Shown here: in pieces, positions 55,588 to 64,000 of the stretch
Numbering within the stretch: the stretch's first letter is position 1
Layout: every line of letters begins with the position of its first letter
DNA from: a virus
Taxonomy: Duplodnaviria; Caudoviricetes
Reading direction: 5' to 3' (one strand)
IMG/VR virus record: IMGVR_UViG_640069307_000003
Coordinates: 24,097-88,096 of that record
Length of the DNA: 64,000 nt
Program-made: the position numbers and the translations under genes
The notes under the pieces: generated by a model
The model's input: only the letters and a program-made list of their open reading frames with translations
What the model was told of the DNA's origin: nothing
Database searches by the model: none

Positions 55588-55920
55588 TCACTCGACGATT
55601 GCTCCGCCCGCGAACAGATATCTGTTCGGGAACGGCTGTTCGTTGAGCGGCAGATCGGCCGCACCGGGCGGGGCCGTTGCGACCAGCATTGATTCGGCGA
55701 ACTTCATCGGCTCCTCACCATCGGCCGGGATGCCGCGAATCACAATCGGATGCCTCAATAGCTCGACCGGAGACTTGCCCGCCGCGAACGCCTCGACCGT
55801 GAAGTAGCTCGCGACCGTCACCGTTACGTCGCCGGACCCATTGACCTGAGCAGACCGAAGGACGTGATACTCGGCCAGCGCGCCAGTCCCGGCGAGTTCG
55901 ATGGTCTTCTTGATTGCCAT
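55588..55920 (-). CDS. Tail-fibre-associated small protein (paralog B)
   Basis: Alignable by eye to 55135-55470. Confidence 0.65.
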   Translation of the reverse strand: MAIKKTIELAGTGALAEYHVLRSAQVNGSGDVTVTVASYFTVEAFAAGKSPVELLRHPIVIRGIPADGEEPMKFAESMLVATAPPGAADLPLNEQPFPNRYLFAGGAIVE

Positions 55921-55930
55921 GCCATACCCC

Positions 55931-56371
55931 TCATTCAGCCGACTTGGCCGGGAGGGTCGGCCATGTCACGTTGAACGGGAACCCCGCTTGTGCGGGCACG
56001 TCACGCAGCGCTTGTCGATACTTACGCAGCGCGGCTTCAAAATCAGCATCGCCAGCATCAGCCGCGCGCTCGACCATCGGATCAACTTGCTTGAGCAGAT
56101 CGTCACGCTTCTGTCGGGCGCTCGTGGTTTCCTCGGCGAGCGCATATTCGTCAGCGTAGTCCGGCCACCATGCCAACAGATCGGCGGGCGTTGGCTGCGG
56201 GATATCGGTCGGCTCCCATATCGGAACCCAAGCCGTCAATCTCTGCTCATACGTCTTTTCGTGAACCGGGTGCGATACCCAGTAATCCTTGCATCGAACG
56301 AGGCTCGGGAATTTTTTGGACAGAATGAATGCCGCTTGTTCGACATGCAGCATGAAATTAACAGTGCTCAT
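55931..56371 (-). CDS. Tail fibre assembly chaperone (XkdW/Tfa-like)
   Basis: Start MSTVNF at 56371 (TAATG coupling); W..TDIPQPT and YRQALRDVPAQAGFP..WP. Confidence 0.8.
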   Translation of the reverse strand: MSTVNFMLHVEQAAFILSKKFPSLVRCKDYWVSHPVHEKTYEQRLTAWVPIWEPTDIPQPTPADLLAWWPDYADEYALAEETTSARQKRDDLLKQVDPMVERAADAGDADFEAALRKYRQALRDVPAQAGFPFNVTWPTLPAKSAE

Positions 56372-59300
56372 TATTGGTTCCTTAGAAGTACGCCGTAGAC
56401 CACGATGGCGTTTGCCGTCCCATTGCCCGGACCGCTCAATCCGCACACGACCCACGGTGCGGGCAGAGCGCCGTTGAGGCGATCGATGGTGCCGAAATTG
56501 TTGACGCCCGAGTCCCATTGGACGCGGGAGCCTGCATTTGCCTTGCTGCCGAGCGCAGCACTCAGATAGCCGCCATACCAACCCATCCAGATATTTCCGT
56601 CGGTCTGGAAGGTGGAACTGCCGATGTGAAGATTTCCGTTGTCTTCAAAGAAGGCTGGGACGGAGTTGTAAGCGCTGTTGATGAGTTCGATGCCACCACC
56701 CTTGCGCGCGCGCAGGTATGTTGACCACCCATCGCCCGCGGCCAAACCAATGTCTGCCTGCCAAGAGCCATTGGCGAGCGTAAGGCGGCCCGTCATCGTG
56801 TCGCCGGACTTATGGACATAGGTGGCGTCGAGGAACGAGCGGAGCCATTGGTTGCCCCATTGTGTTCCCCAAATGTTGCCGTCCGGTGTGATGGTCGCGT
56901 TCGTGCCGCTCGCATAGGCCGAGCCACCAACACCAATCCAGTCCCGCGTCGTTACATTCCCGCCATCAAAGACTTGCAGGTTGTATGCAGTGTTCGCGCC
57001 GTTTACGAAGCCGATCATGCTCGACGCTTGCGCCGTCTGGATGCGTGGCGTGTATCCGTTTGCGCTGATGGCCAGCGCGGAGTAGGTGGTCCCGGAGGCG
57101 ATGGTGGCTAATCCCGCGTTCATGGTTACCTGACCGTTAAACGCGACGTTGCCTGTAACAGTTCCTCCGACATTCTTGTCGAGCGGCGTGACGTTTCCAG
57201 CGTGCCACACGTAGTTGTTGCCGACACGGATGTTCGCCGCCGCGAAGTTGTAGGCAAACACACCCTTCGTAGGCGAATACCAGCCAGCTTCTGAGGCGTT
57301 GGCATAGTAGTAGCCATCATTCTGACCAAGCCAGATTTCACCTTCACCGCTGGTGCGGTTTATGGTGATCTTGGAACCGGAGAAGGTTGCATTTCCGCCA
57401 AAAGTTGTACCCGCCCCGGTCTGGTCAATCCTGACCGCTCCATCTGACAACCCCCACGAGAATGGCCGGAAGGCATTCCACGATCCATATTGGTCGCCGC
57501 TTGCAGTCTGCAAAAGGTAGACGTTCGTGCCATCGTTTCGCAGCATCGAAGCATAGTTGCCGAACACTGCTCGAAACTGGATGCCTGCGGTAGATTGCAC
57601 TTCGCCTGAGAACCGACCATTGCCTCCGACTTGAAGCAAGCTAGATCCGTCATCGGGAATTGAGCCGACCTGCACTCGCCCGCCCCAAGGGGCGAGAGCG
57701 ATGTTCTTTTTGGTCGTGTTGGCCTTGTTGTACGCCTCAAGCGAGATGCCGCCGGCGTAGTTCGACGCGGATAAGGTGAACTGCGTGTCATTCGCGCTAC
57801 TGTAGGCCGAGACGTTATTCGCAAACATTCCCGTACCGGCTACTTGCAGCATGTTTGCGCCATCGTCGGCAAGCGTACCCACGAGAACGCGGCCGCCGTT
57901 TTGCAGCAACACCATATTGCCAACGGTAGACCCGGTTCCGCGCGTCACCCAAAGCGCATTCTGCGCAGCGGAATATGCGTCGTTTACGGTCCGAATAGAG
58001 AAAGTGCCATCGCCGCCGTGCATTACCTCCCACTTCTTTTGGTCGGCTGGGCCGCCATCCCGCGAGAGGATGATCGACGTTTGGCCTGTTCCACCGCCGT
58101 TCGCGGCAATCAGAGCGCCCACGCCGTTAATACCTCTGACGGTGCCGGCGACCTGAAGGAGATCCCCGCCGTTATCGGCTGTCGTCCCGATCAAGATGCG
58201 GCCGGAGGCAGTTACTCGGAGTCGCTCAGCATTGGCCGATACGAGGCCGAGGTAGCCAGAAGAGCCTGCGGAGCCAACAAGTGCGTTGCCTTGGCCGTAT
58301 AGATAGTACGCGTTCGCGTCAGCGTTAATCCACGCCTTCGATGAGGTCTGTCCGAAGTACGAAACGCCGTAGAAATACGTGTTGCCAGCCACTTGCAGCA
58401 GGCTTGACCCATCGTCGGACGTTGTGCCGATCAAGACGCGGCCGCCAGACGTAAGCCGGGCCACTTCACCATTGCCGTTCGTGAATGCGAGGGTCTTCGA
58501 CGCAGGGCTCCAAATTGCGGGGCCGCCATTGTTGAAGTTGATGGTCGGGCCTGCCCCGACGAGCGAAACGTTGCCAGCGACTTGCAGCAGGTTCGAGCCG
58601 TCGTCGGTCGTCGTGCCGATTAGCAGGCGGCCGCCTGAGGACACCCGCGCCCTCTCGGCGCCGGCCGTCCGTAACACGAGCGCGCCAGCCCCTGACGTGC
58701 CGCTGCCATATGCCGCAACGGCAGGGCCATTGGCATTGGTGAATCCGAAAATACCGGAGTCGCCCACAGACTGGCTGTTGATGTTGTAGTTTGCAGCGCG
58801 CACGCTGCCATTGACCTGAAGTGCAGTCGAGCCGTCGTCGCTTGAGGCGTTAACAAGAACGCGTCCGCCGGAAACCAAGCTCATGACGAGCTGCTGGCTC
58901 GCGTCGCTCTGCCCGTCGTTGGACGAGCCGTTGTTGATCCAGAAGTTGAGGTATTCCTTGCCCCACGAGCCAGCATTGAAACCCGCGCGGAGCGAGGCAA
59001 TCAGGCGCGTGCCGGTATCGCTCGAGCCAGTGCCGAACGTGCCGTAGAGGCGAAGTTTTCCCTCATTGTTGAGAGCGCCGCTTGCGCCCTTCAGAGCCAG
59101 TTGTGCGGTCGTTGCCGTAGGCGTATTGGTGATCGACGGCGTACCCGTCATCTGTGCGGAGTCGAGCGGCGCTTTCAGGTCGAGTGCCGCTTGCAGGCCC
59201 GCGACGCGTGGGATATCCGACTGCCCGAAAACGAGGTTCCCCGTCATCGTTGCCGTCACGGAGTTGAATACCGTGACAGCCGAAATCGACCAGCCCGCCA

Positions 59301-60435
59301 TCCAGCGCGCTACGCTACCGCCATCCGCGTTGTAGGACACCATGACTTCGGAGACGTAAACGCGCGGGAAAGACCACGTCGAGGTCAATTCGCCGATCCA
59401 CACGATAGGCTTGCTGCCATCGTTGCCGAAGCGCACGGCAAGGTCACGGTCAGCGCGCTCGCCGAGAATCGCGACCGTCTGATTCGACCAGTTGATTCCA
59501 GATGCGTAACCGGCGATGAGGAGGGTGATCGACTTGCCGGTTGCGCTCTCATGGATTTCGACGCGCATGCGAACGAGCGCGTTATATGCGCCCGTCGGGA
59601 GCACGATCTTGAACGCGCCCGTCAGCGGGTTGCTGTCGGACGCGAAATAGGCCGCATCCGGGTTCGTGATGCGGACCATGCCAAGCGTGTTCGAGCCGTT
59701 GGCCTGTACGCCAGTGCGTACCGGCACGAACTCGGCGGCCAGTTCGCCCGTCGAGAAGGCCCAACGCTCCCACTTCGCTGGATAGCTCGCAGGCGTGTTG
59801 CCGACGTTGTTATCGACGAGGCTGCGATATGTCTTGCCATCCGGCCCGACGATATGCGCGCCAGCGTTGTAGATGGTGAGCGGGTCATATTCGCCCATGC
59901 CACGCTTTTTGAGCACATAGCCCGGATGCGGGTCCAGCTTGGCCTCGTGCTGGAGAATCAGCGCGGCCATGCCCGCCGTGTCGGTCGAAACCGTGATGTT
60001 GACCGAGCCAACGGGCAAAACCGACACGTCGAGCGTGTACGCGAAAGGCACGTCGAGGTTTTCGGACTTGATGAAAAGCGCGCCGCCCGTCGCACGGCTC
60101 CAGACCGCAAAAAGCGTGGTGCCCGCGTAGAAGCCGATTTCGCCGATGGATTTCCCGTTCGGCGATGCCCCGTTCATGTCGGTATCAGTGATCGTCGTGC
60201 CAATCTGAACCGAGTAGTTATCCGGCTTGCTGCCGCTCGAAATTGCGTAGCGCGCGACCTCGTTGACGAGGGCGGTTTGCGTGGCGCGGCCGTTCGCGTC
60301 CACGACGGGATCATAGAGGCCCGTACCGATTGCAACGTGCGTGAGCGTGGCCGAAAGGCCCGGCTGAGTGTCCGTCGGGAGGAGGGCGTTGCCCGCAGCG
60401 GTGATCTTCGGATTGAGAACGGGAGTAGAAGCCAT
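56371..60435 (-). CDS. Long tail fibre protein
   Basis: N-terminal ITAAG..LTHVAIGTG..EIGFY fibre anchor; six GR.LIGT..DDG..LLQV.G repeats; gp53-like C-terminus. Confidence 0.88.
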   Translation of the reverse strand: MASTPVLNPKITAAGNALLPTDTQPGLSATLTHVAIGTGLYDPVVDANGRATQTALVNEVARYAISSGSKPDNYSVQIGTTITDTDMNGASPNGKSIGEIGFYAGTTLFAVWSRATGGALFIKSENLDVPFAYTLDVSVLPVGSVNITVSTDTAGMAALILQHEAKLDPHPGYVLKKRGMGEYDPLTIYNAGAHIVGPDGKTYRSLVDNNVGNTPASYPAKWERWAFSTGELAAEFVPVRTGVQANGSNTLGMVRITNPDAAYFASDSNPLTGAFKIVLPTGAYNALVRMRVEIHESATGKSITLLIAGYASGINWSNQTVAILGERADRDLAVRFGNDGSKPIVWIGELTSTWSFPRVYVSEVMVSYNADGGSVARWMAGWSISAVTVFNSVTATMTGNLVFGQSDIPRVAGLQAALDLKAPLDSAQMTGTPSITNTPTATTAQLALKGASGALNNEGKLRLYGTFGTGSSDTGTRLIASLRAGFNAGSWGKEYLNFWINNGSSNDGQSDASQQLVMSLVSGGRVLVNASSDDGSTALQVNGSVRAANYNINSQSVGDSGIFGFTNANGPAVAAYGSGTSGAGALVLRTAGAERARVSSGGRLLIGTTTDDGSNLLQVAGNVSLVGAGPTINFNNGGPAIWSPASKTLAFTNGNGEVARLTSGGRVLIGTTSDDGSSLLQVAGNTYFYGVSYFGQTSSKAWINADANAYYLYGQGNALVGSAGSSGYLGLVSANAERLRVTASGRILIGTTADNGGDLLQVAGTVRGINGVGALIAANGGGTGQTSIILSRDGGPADQKKWEVMHGGDGTFSIRTVNDAYSAAQNALWVTRGTGSTVGNMVLLQNGGRVLVGTLADDGANMLQVAGTGMFANNVSAYSSANDTQFTLSASNYAGGISLEAYNKANTTKKNIALAPWGGRVQVGSIPDDGSSLLQVGGNGRFSGEVQSTAGIQFRAVFGNYASMLRNDGTNVYLLQTASGDQYGSWNAFRPFSWGLSDGAVRIDQTGAGTTFGGNATFSGSKITINRTSGEGEIWLGQNDGYYYANASEAGWYSPTKGVFAYNFAAANIRVGNNYVWHAGNVTPLDKNVGGTVTGNVAFNGQVTMNAGLATIASGTTYSALAISANGYTPRIQTAQASSMIGFVNGANTAYNLQVFDGGNVTTRDWIGVGGSAYASGTNATITPDGNIWGTQWGNQWLRSFLDATYVHKSGDTMTGRLTLANGSWQADIGLAAGDGWSTYLRARKGGGIELINSAYNSVPAFFEDNGNLHIGSSTFQTDGNIWMGWYGGYLSAALGSKANAGSRVQWDSGVNNFGTIDRLNGALPAPWVVCGLSGPGNGTANAIVVYGVLLRNQ

Positions 60436-60461
60436 CGTGACCTCGAATTGCTAACTGCTCA

Positions 60462-60507
60462 ATTCTCCCGTCGCGATGGCTGGCGGCGCGCTTGGCTTTT
60501 CCTAACG
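60462..60507 (-). promoter_or_regulatory. Putative late promoter (tail fibre operon)
   Basis: CGTTAGGAAAA-29-GAGAAT. Confidence 0.6.
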
Positions 60508-61002
60508 CTAGATGGTCGCCCAGTCGCCGTCGATCCCGTCGAGGTCGCCGTACATTTGGGCGATATCGTCAGCCGTGTCGATGGTCGTATTGGCCGCGAG
60601 CGCCATGTCGGCGGCCTCGATCATCGCGAGCACGGCGATGTTGCCATTCGACATTTCCGGCGCGAGCCGGTATCGGGTGCCGCGCTCGCTCATGCCGTCG
60701 GATTCGATGCGCGTTGCCGGATCGTGCTTCGTGACCGCGGCCAGCAGTTCGAGCAGCCCTTGTCCCTTCAGGCTGAAAAAAAGCTGGATCGCGCGCTGTA
60801 GCTTGTCCTCGTCGAATAGCCGGTCACGGTCCTCCATGCGCGTGCTGTTGGACACGACAAGCGCGCCGTCTGAGCGCTCGTCGATGCCCTGTTCCTTCGC
60901 GACGATAAAGAGGCCAGTTTTCGGGTCGAGCGCGCCGAGCAGGTTGACGGCCGCTCCCTGATAACCGCTGATGATGGCCTGCACTCGAATCGGCTCGCTC
61001 AT
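60508..61002 (-). CDS. Hypothetical virion morphogenesis protein
   Basis: 164 aa ORF coupled in the structural operon. Confidence 0.6.
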   Translation of the reverse strand: MSEPIRVQAIISGYQGAAVNLLGALDPKTGLFIVAKEQGIDERSDGALVVSNSTRMEDRDRLFDEDKLQRAIQLFFSLKGQGLLELLAAVTKHDPATRIESDGMSERGTRYRLAPEMSNGNIAVLAMIEAADMALAANTTIDTADDIAQMYGDLDGIDGDWATI

Positions 61003-61730
61003 AGACCCTCTCCCTCGAATACCTGCTCGCTCGTGACTTCGGTAACGACCGGATAGCCAGCGGGCGCGGGCTTGCCGTCGTTCGGCTCACCGTCTTTCGG
61101 AGCCTCAAACAGTGGCACATGCGCACGCACGCTTAGGTCAACCGTGCAGACCGTCAAATCCTTGACATCGACCGGCACGGATACCGCGCCGAGGTCAATC
61201 TGTTCGAGCGTGGCGCGGAACTGATGCGCCATGCCTGCGAATGGCACATCGAACGTGAAGCGCCGCCCGCCGCCGCCGTCATCACCATTGGCGAATAGGT
61301 TGAACTGCATCGCGATGCTGTGTGCAGAGTGCTTTTCCGCAGCAACGATGACGATCTGCGCGCGGTACTCGTTGAAAGAGGTTCGCACCTTGAATGCGCG
61401 CTGCTCCGGGTCATCGGGGTTCATCACGTCGACACGCGAGCCGACGGCGATACCCCAGTCGGGCGGCGCGGGCATGAAGTCTTTCGACATGGCGACGAAC
61501 ACAATCGGCAGGCGGGAGGAGAGGCCCGGCCCCGGATCGTTTTCGTTCTTGCGGTATTCCTTCAGCATTTCCTCGATCTGGTCGATCATGCGGCCGGGAA
61601 CCCACACCATAGCCTTCGAGAGGCCGCGCGCGGTGTATTCCTGCATTGAGGACGTGTCGGCGACAAGCTGCCCGTAGAAGCGGCGCATATAGCCGCCGAG
61701 GCCGATTTCGAGAGGGGTCAGCAGGCTCAC
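60999..61730 (-). CDS. P1 gp24-like tail terminator/completion protein
   Basis: SRLPIVFVAM..EYRAQIVIVA motif; synteny. Confidence 0.5.
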   Translation of the reverse strand: MSLLTPLEIGLGGYMRRFYGQLVADTSSMQEYTARGLSKAMVWVPGRMIDQIEEMLKEYRKNENDPGPGLSSRLPIVFVAMSKDFMPAPPDWGIAVGSRVDVMNPDDPEQRAFKVRTSFNEYRAQIVIVAAEKHSAHSIAMQFNLFANGDDGGGGRRFTFDVPFAGMAHQFRATLEQIDLGAVSVPVDVKDLTVCTVDLSVRAHVPLFEAPKDGEPNDGKPAPAGYPVVTEVTSEQVFEGEGL

Positions 61731-61731
61731 A

Positions 61732-62583
61732 TTACGCTCCGAAGTACTTGCGCGCGTAGGCCGCGCCTGCGTTCTCGTCGCCTTCCTTCAGCGTGTCGAG
61801 CGAGACGAGCGAGGCGGATGCAAAGCTGTTGGCACGCCGCTCGAAGTCGGCCGTCGCGCGCCGCCCCGTGAGCGTGGGCGCTTGGTGCTCGCGCGCGCTG
61901 TCGAGCACGACGCCCGGCCGCGCGGCGGAGAGCAGCGACAACAGTTCTTCGTTCTCCTCGCGCAGGCGTTCGAGTGCCTGCATCGCCAGCGTGTGATCTG
62001 CCTGCAGCGAGTCGAAAATCAGGTTCATCGCCGCTTGCTGGTGGTGCATGTCGGTCATGACCGAATCGAACACGAGTTCATTCATGTCGAGTTCGCCACT
62101 CGCGCTGTCGAACACATAGCCGCGGTTGGTCGTGTAGTTCGGCTCATGCACGTAGTCAAAGCCGCCGAACTTTTTCGGCACATGCGCGAGGCCATTCGGC
62201 ACGGCCTGAATCGCGCTCGAAAAGCCGCCCGCCTTGCTGTCGTGCAGGCGCGCGGCCATCTTGCCCGGCTCGGTATCGAGGAACTCGGTTTCGTGCTCGA
62301 TGTTGCCGTTCTCATCGGCGCACAGGTACGTCGTGACGACGGCCGGTTCGAAGAAAATCTGCTTGCCGTTGACCATCGCCCACTCGGGCGGCTCGATGCC
62401 GAACTTCACGCGGATGCTGTGGCCGTAGTAGCCAAGCAGGTCGCGGTTCCTCACCTTCTCCTGCACGGCGTCGCCGTTGACGAGTGAGGCGAGCGCGCGC
62501 AGGTCGAAAAGGCGTTCCTTGCCGACGTGCTCGCGCCCGCGCTCGTGAACGTTATAGACAATCTTTCCCGTCTTTTTACCCAT
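61732..62583 (-). CDS. pro: Prohead protease (P1 Pro-like)
   Basis: LGYYGH, EHETEFLDT..G, GGFSSA, GFDYVHEPNY. Confidence 0.7.
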   Translation of the reverse strand: MGKKTGKIVYNVHERGREHVGKERLFDLRALASLVNGDAVQEKVRNRDLLGYYGHSIRVKFGIEPPEWAMVNGKQIFFEPAVVTTYLCADENGNIEHETEFLDTEPGKMAARLHDSKAGGFSSAIQAVPNGLAHVPKKFGGFDYVHEPNYTTNRGYVFDSASGELDMNELVFDSVMTDMHHQQAAMNLIFDSLQADHTLAMQALERLREENEELLSLLSAARPGVVLDSAREHQAPTLTGRRATADFERRANSFASASLVSLDTLKEGDENAGAAYARKYFGA

Positions 62584-62595
62584 GAGATACCCCGG

Positions 62596-63999
62596 TTAAC
62601 TGATTTTGCCGATAGCCATAAGCGGCATGATTGCCTTCGCACCGTTGGCGAGGGCGAGGCCACCCGCTGCGCCCTTGTTCTCGAACAGGGTCGAGAGGCG
62701 CAGTTCAAGCATGAGGCGCGGCGCGAGGGTCGAGCGGAACGCCTTCGCGATTTCGAGCAGCCCAAGGCCGTTATCCGATGAAACCGGCAGCGTGACGCGG
62801 ATGCGGCCGGTACGAAAGTGCGTGAGCGGCGCATCGGCCGTCACGCCGTCCGAGAAGTGCGCAACGCCGTTGGCGTTCACCGTGTAGTCCGTGACGGTCA
62901 CGGCCGCGCCGGTCGTGCCGATATAGCGCGTGGGCGCGCCGCCCGCCTCAAGCTGCCCGCCCCATGCGTTGATACCTTGCCCCACCACGCCCGCATATAC
63001 CGTCGTATTACCGAACGAGGGCGGCGCGCCGATGAACGCGGCAATGCCTTGGCTTGCGACATTCGGATTCGGAATACCCGACACCGACACGCGCCACCAT
63101 CCATTGACGCCCAGCGAGGTAATCGTCGCCTTAGCGCCCGTTGCTTTGCCCGCATTGACGACGGCAGAATTGCCGGTGAGGAGGTCGAAATAGGCCGCGC
63201 AATAGTTCGACGACGCGCCGCTCGCGATCAGCCGGAGCACCACATAGCGCCGCTCGACGGCCTGCACGTAGATTGACCATGTATTCCAGTCGGCCGCGTT
63301 CTGGCTGCTCACGCTCGAATGCTGAACCGAGTGCGCGGCGTTGCTCGTGTCCGAGTCGGCGATTTTGGCCGCGGTCTGCGTGCCATCCGGCGCAACTGCC
63401 GCGTTCGCCGTTGCCGTCATGAGCGTCTTGACCCATGCGGCGTTGTCGATCGGCCCGGAGTAGGTCAGGGAGTTCGTGCGCGGCGTCGTGTAAAGCTGCG
63501 TCTTGCCCTGCCAGTCGGTCTTATAGACTGTCGGCAACCCTTCCGGGTTGGACGCCATGTCATAGACCGCGGACACGCCATTGGTGAGCGTTTTCGTGCC
63601 TAGCGGTGTGCGGTCAGCGGGATAGTTCGCCGAGGTCGCGAGCGGATGCCAAAGCGGCTCGACGAGCCAGACATTCGGCCAGACCGCCTGAAGGTATTGC
63701 TTCAGAAAGATCATGCCGCGGCGCGGGTTGCGTGCGCGCGCCGCCTGAAGCAAGAAGCTGGAACGCGTCACGTCGCGCTTGACGATGGCGAGGCCAGAAT
63801 CCTTCAGTGCGCGCTCGACGAGTTCCGCATCGCCCAAGTGCGGCATACCGTACAGGTTCAGGCGGCGCTCGTTCGCGCGAATCATCGACTCGAACACGGC
63901 GAGGAAAACCGCCTTCAGTTCGGATTCGAGCTGGTCGCGCTCGAAACTCTGCTGAAGGGGTTGCAGCGAGGGGGAGTCAACCGGGATCAGGTCGGACAT
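62596..63999 (-). CDS. P1 gp16-like baseplate protein with inserted beta-sandwich (head-spike/lectin-like) domain
   Basis: RNPRRGMIFL..LW.P N-terminus and FRTGRIRV C-terminus flank RTNSL..APDGTQTAAKI..WWRVSVS..WGGQLEAG..PTRYI. Confidence 0.55.
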   Translation of the reverse strand: MSDLIPVDSPSLQPLQQSFERDQLESELKAVFLAVFESMIRANERRLNLYGMPHLGDAELVERALKDSGLAIVKRDVTRSSFLLQAARARNPRRGMIFLKQYLQAVWPNVWLVEPLWHPLATSANYPADRTPLGTKTLTNGVSAVYDMASNPEGLPTVYKTDWQGKTQLYTTPRTNSLTYSGPIDNAAWVKTLMTATANAAVAPDGTQTAAKIADSDTSNAAHSVQHSSVSSQNAADWNTWSIYVQAVERRYVVLRLIASGASSNYCAAYFDLLTGNSAVVNAGKATGAKATITSLGVNGWWRVSVSGIPNPNVASQGIAAFIGAPPSFGNTTVYAGVVGQGINAWGGQLEAGGAPTRYIGTTGAAVTVTDYTVNANGVAHFSDGVTADAPLTHFRTGRIRVTLPVSSDNGLGLLEIAKAFRSTLAPRLMLELRLSTLFENKGAAGGLALANGAKAIMPLMAIGKIS

Positions 64000-64000
64000 G

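Larger units (their letters stand above)
1..64000. mobile_element. P1-like temperate myovirus phage-plasmid (partial genome)
   Basis: Rep3 initiator with iterons, parA cassette and TA module co-occur with a contractile-tail virion gene set and DarA/DarB/DdrB/Ulx homologs; no host housekeeping genes in the window. Confidence 0.9.

Noticed and set aside
55000-60500. Cin/Gin-type invertible tail-fibre segment or diversity-generating retroelement
   Set aside because: No invertase or reverse transcriptase, no inverted crossover sites and no template/variable repeat pair were noticed.
1-64000. Integrase/att sites, Cre/loxP, terminase/pac, tRNAs, IS elements
   Set aside because: No supporting motifs were seen. 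The terminase and resolvase probably lie outside the window; tRNAs cannot be fully excluded without a covariance search.

Overview
The whole window is most of the genome of a P1-like myovirus phage-plasmid. It is GC-rich and probably from Burkholderia sensu lato (host inferred from GC, codon style and gene families). It is a mosaic of four modules. (1) A lambdoid immunity/early region (1-13100): divergent cro/cI with an S24 autocleavage domain, a KilAC antirepressor, a lytic replication initiator, Nin-like DUF1364/DUF1064/DUF1367 genes, and an ERF-YqaJ-RdgC recombination operon. (2) A plasmid maintenance module (13000-17100): a ~800 bp degenerate 5-bp-periodic array, parA plus two ribbon-helix-helix genes, an iteron origin and a Rep3-type initiator; a BrnT/BrnA toxin-antitoxin pair lies at 36467-37028. 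(3) A lysis cassette and P1-type virion genes (17100-35300 and 53300-64000): capsid, sheath, tube, tape measure with transglycosylase, portal, protease, baseplate and tail fibre. (4) A near-complete P1-type defence-against-restriction set (hdf, darA, ddrB, darB, ulx; 26021-26503 and 37127-49477); no ddrA was recognised. Reading the non-coding DNA reveals three distinct cis-motif families. One is a palindromic operator, ATAGA-N4-TCTAT, at the early promoters and inside the origin. One is a putative late-promoter signature, (CGTT)AGGAAAA-N29/30-GANNNT, in front of six virion/Dar genes. The third is GTGAGCGCATACA in three sigma70 promoters that drive clusters of small unknown genes. Terminase, integrase/Cre, tRNA and CRISPR were not seen. 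Family assignments are from motif recognition only; no searches were run.
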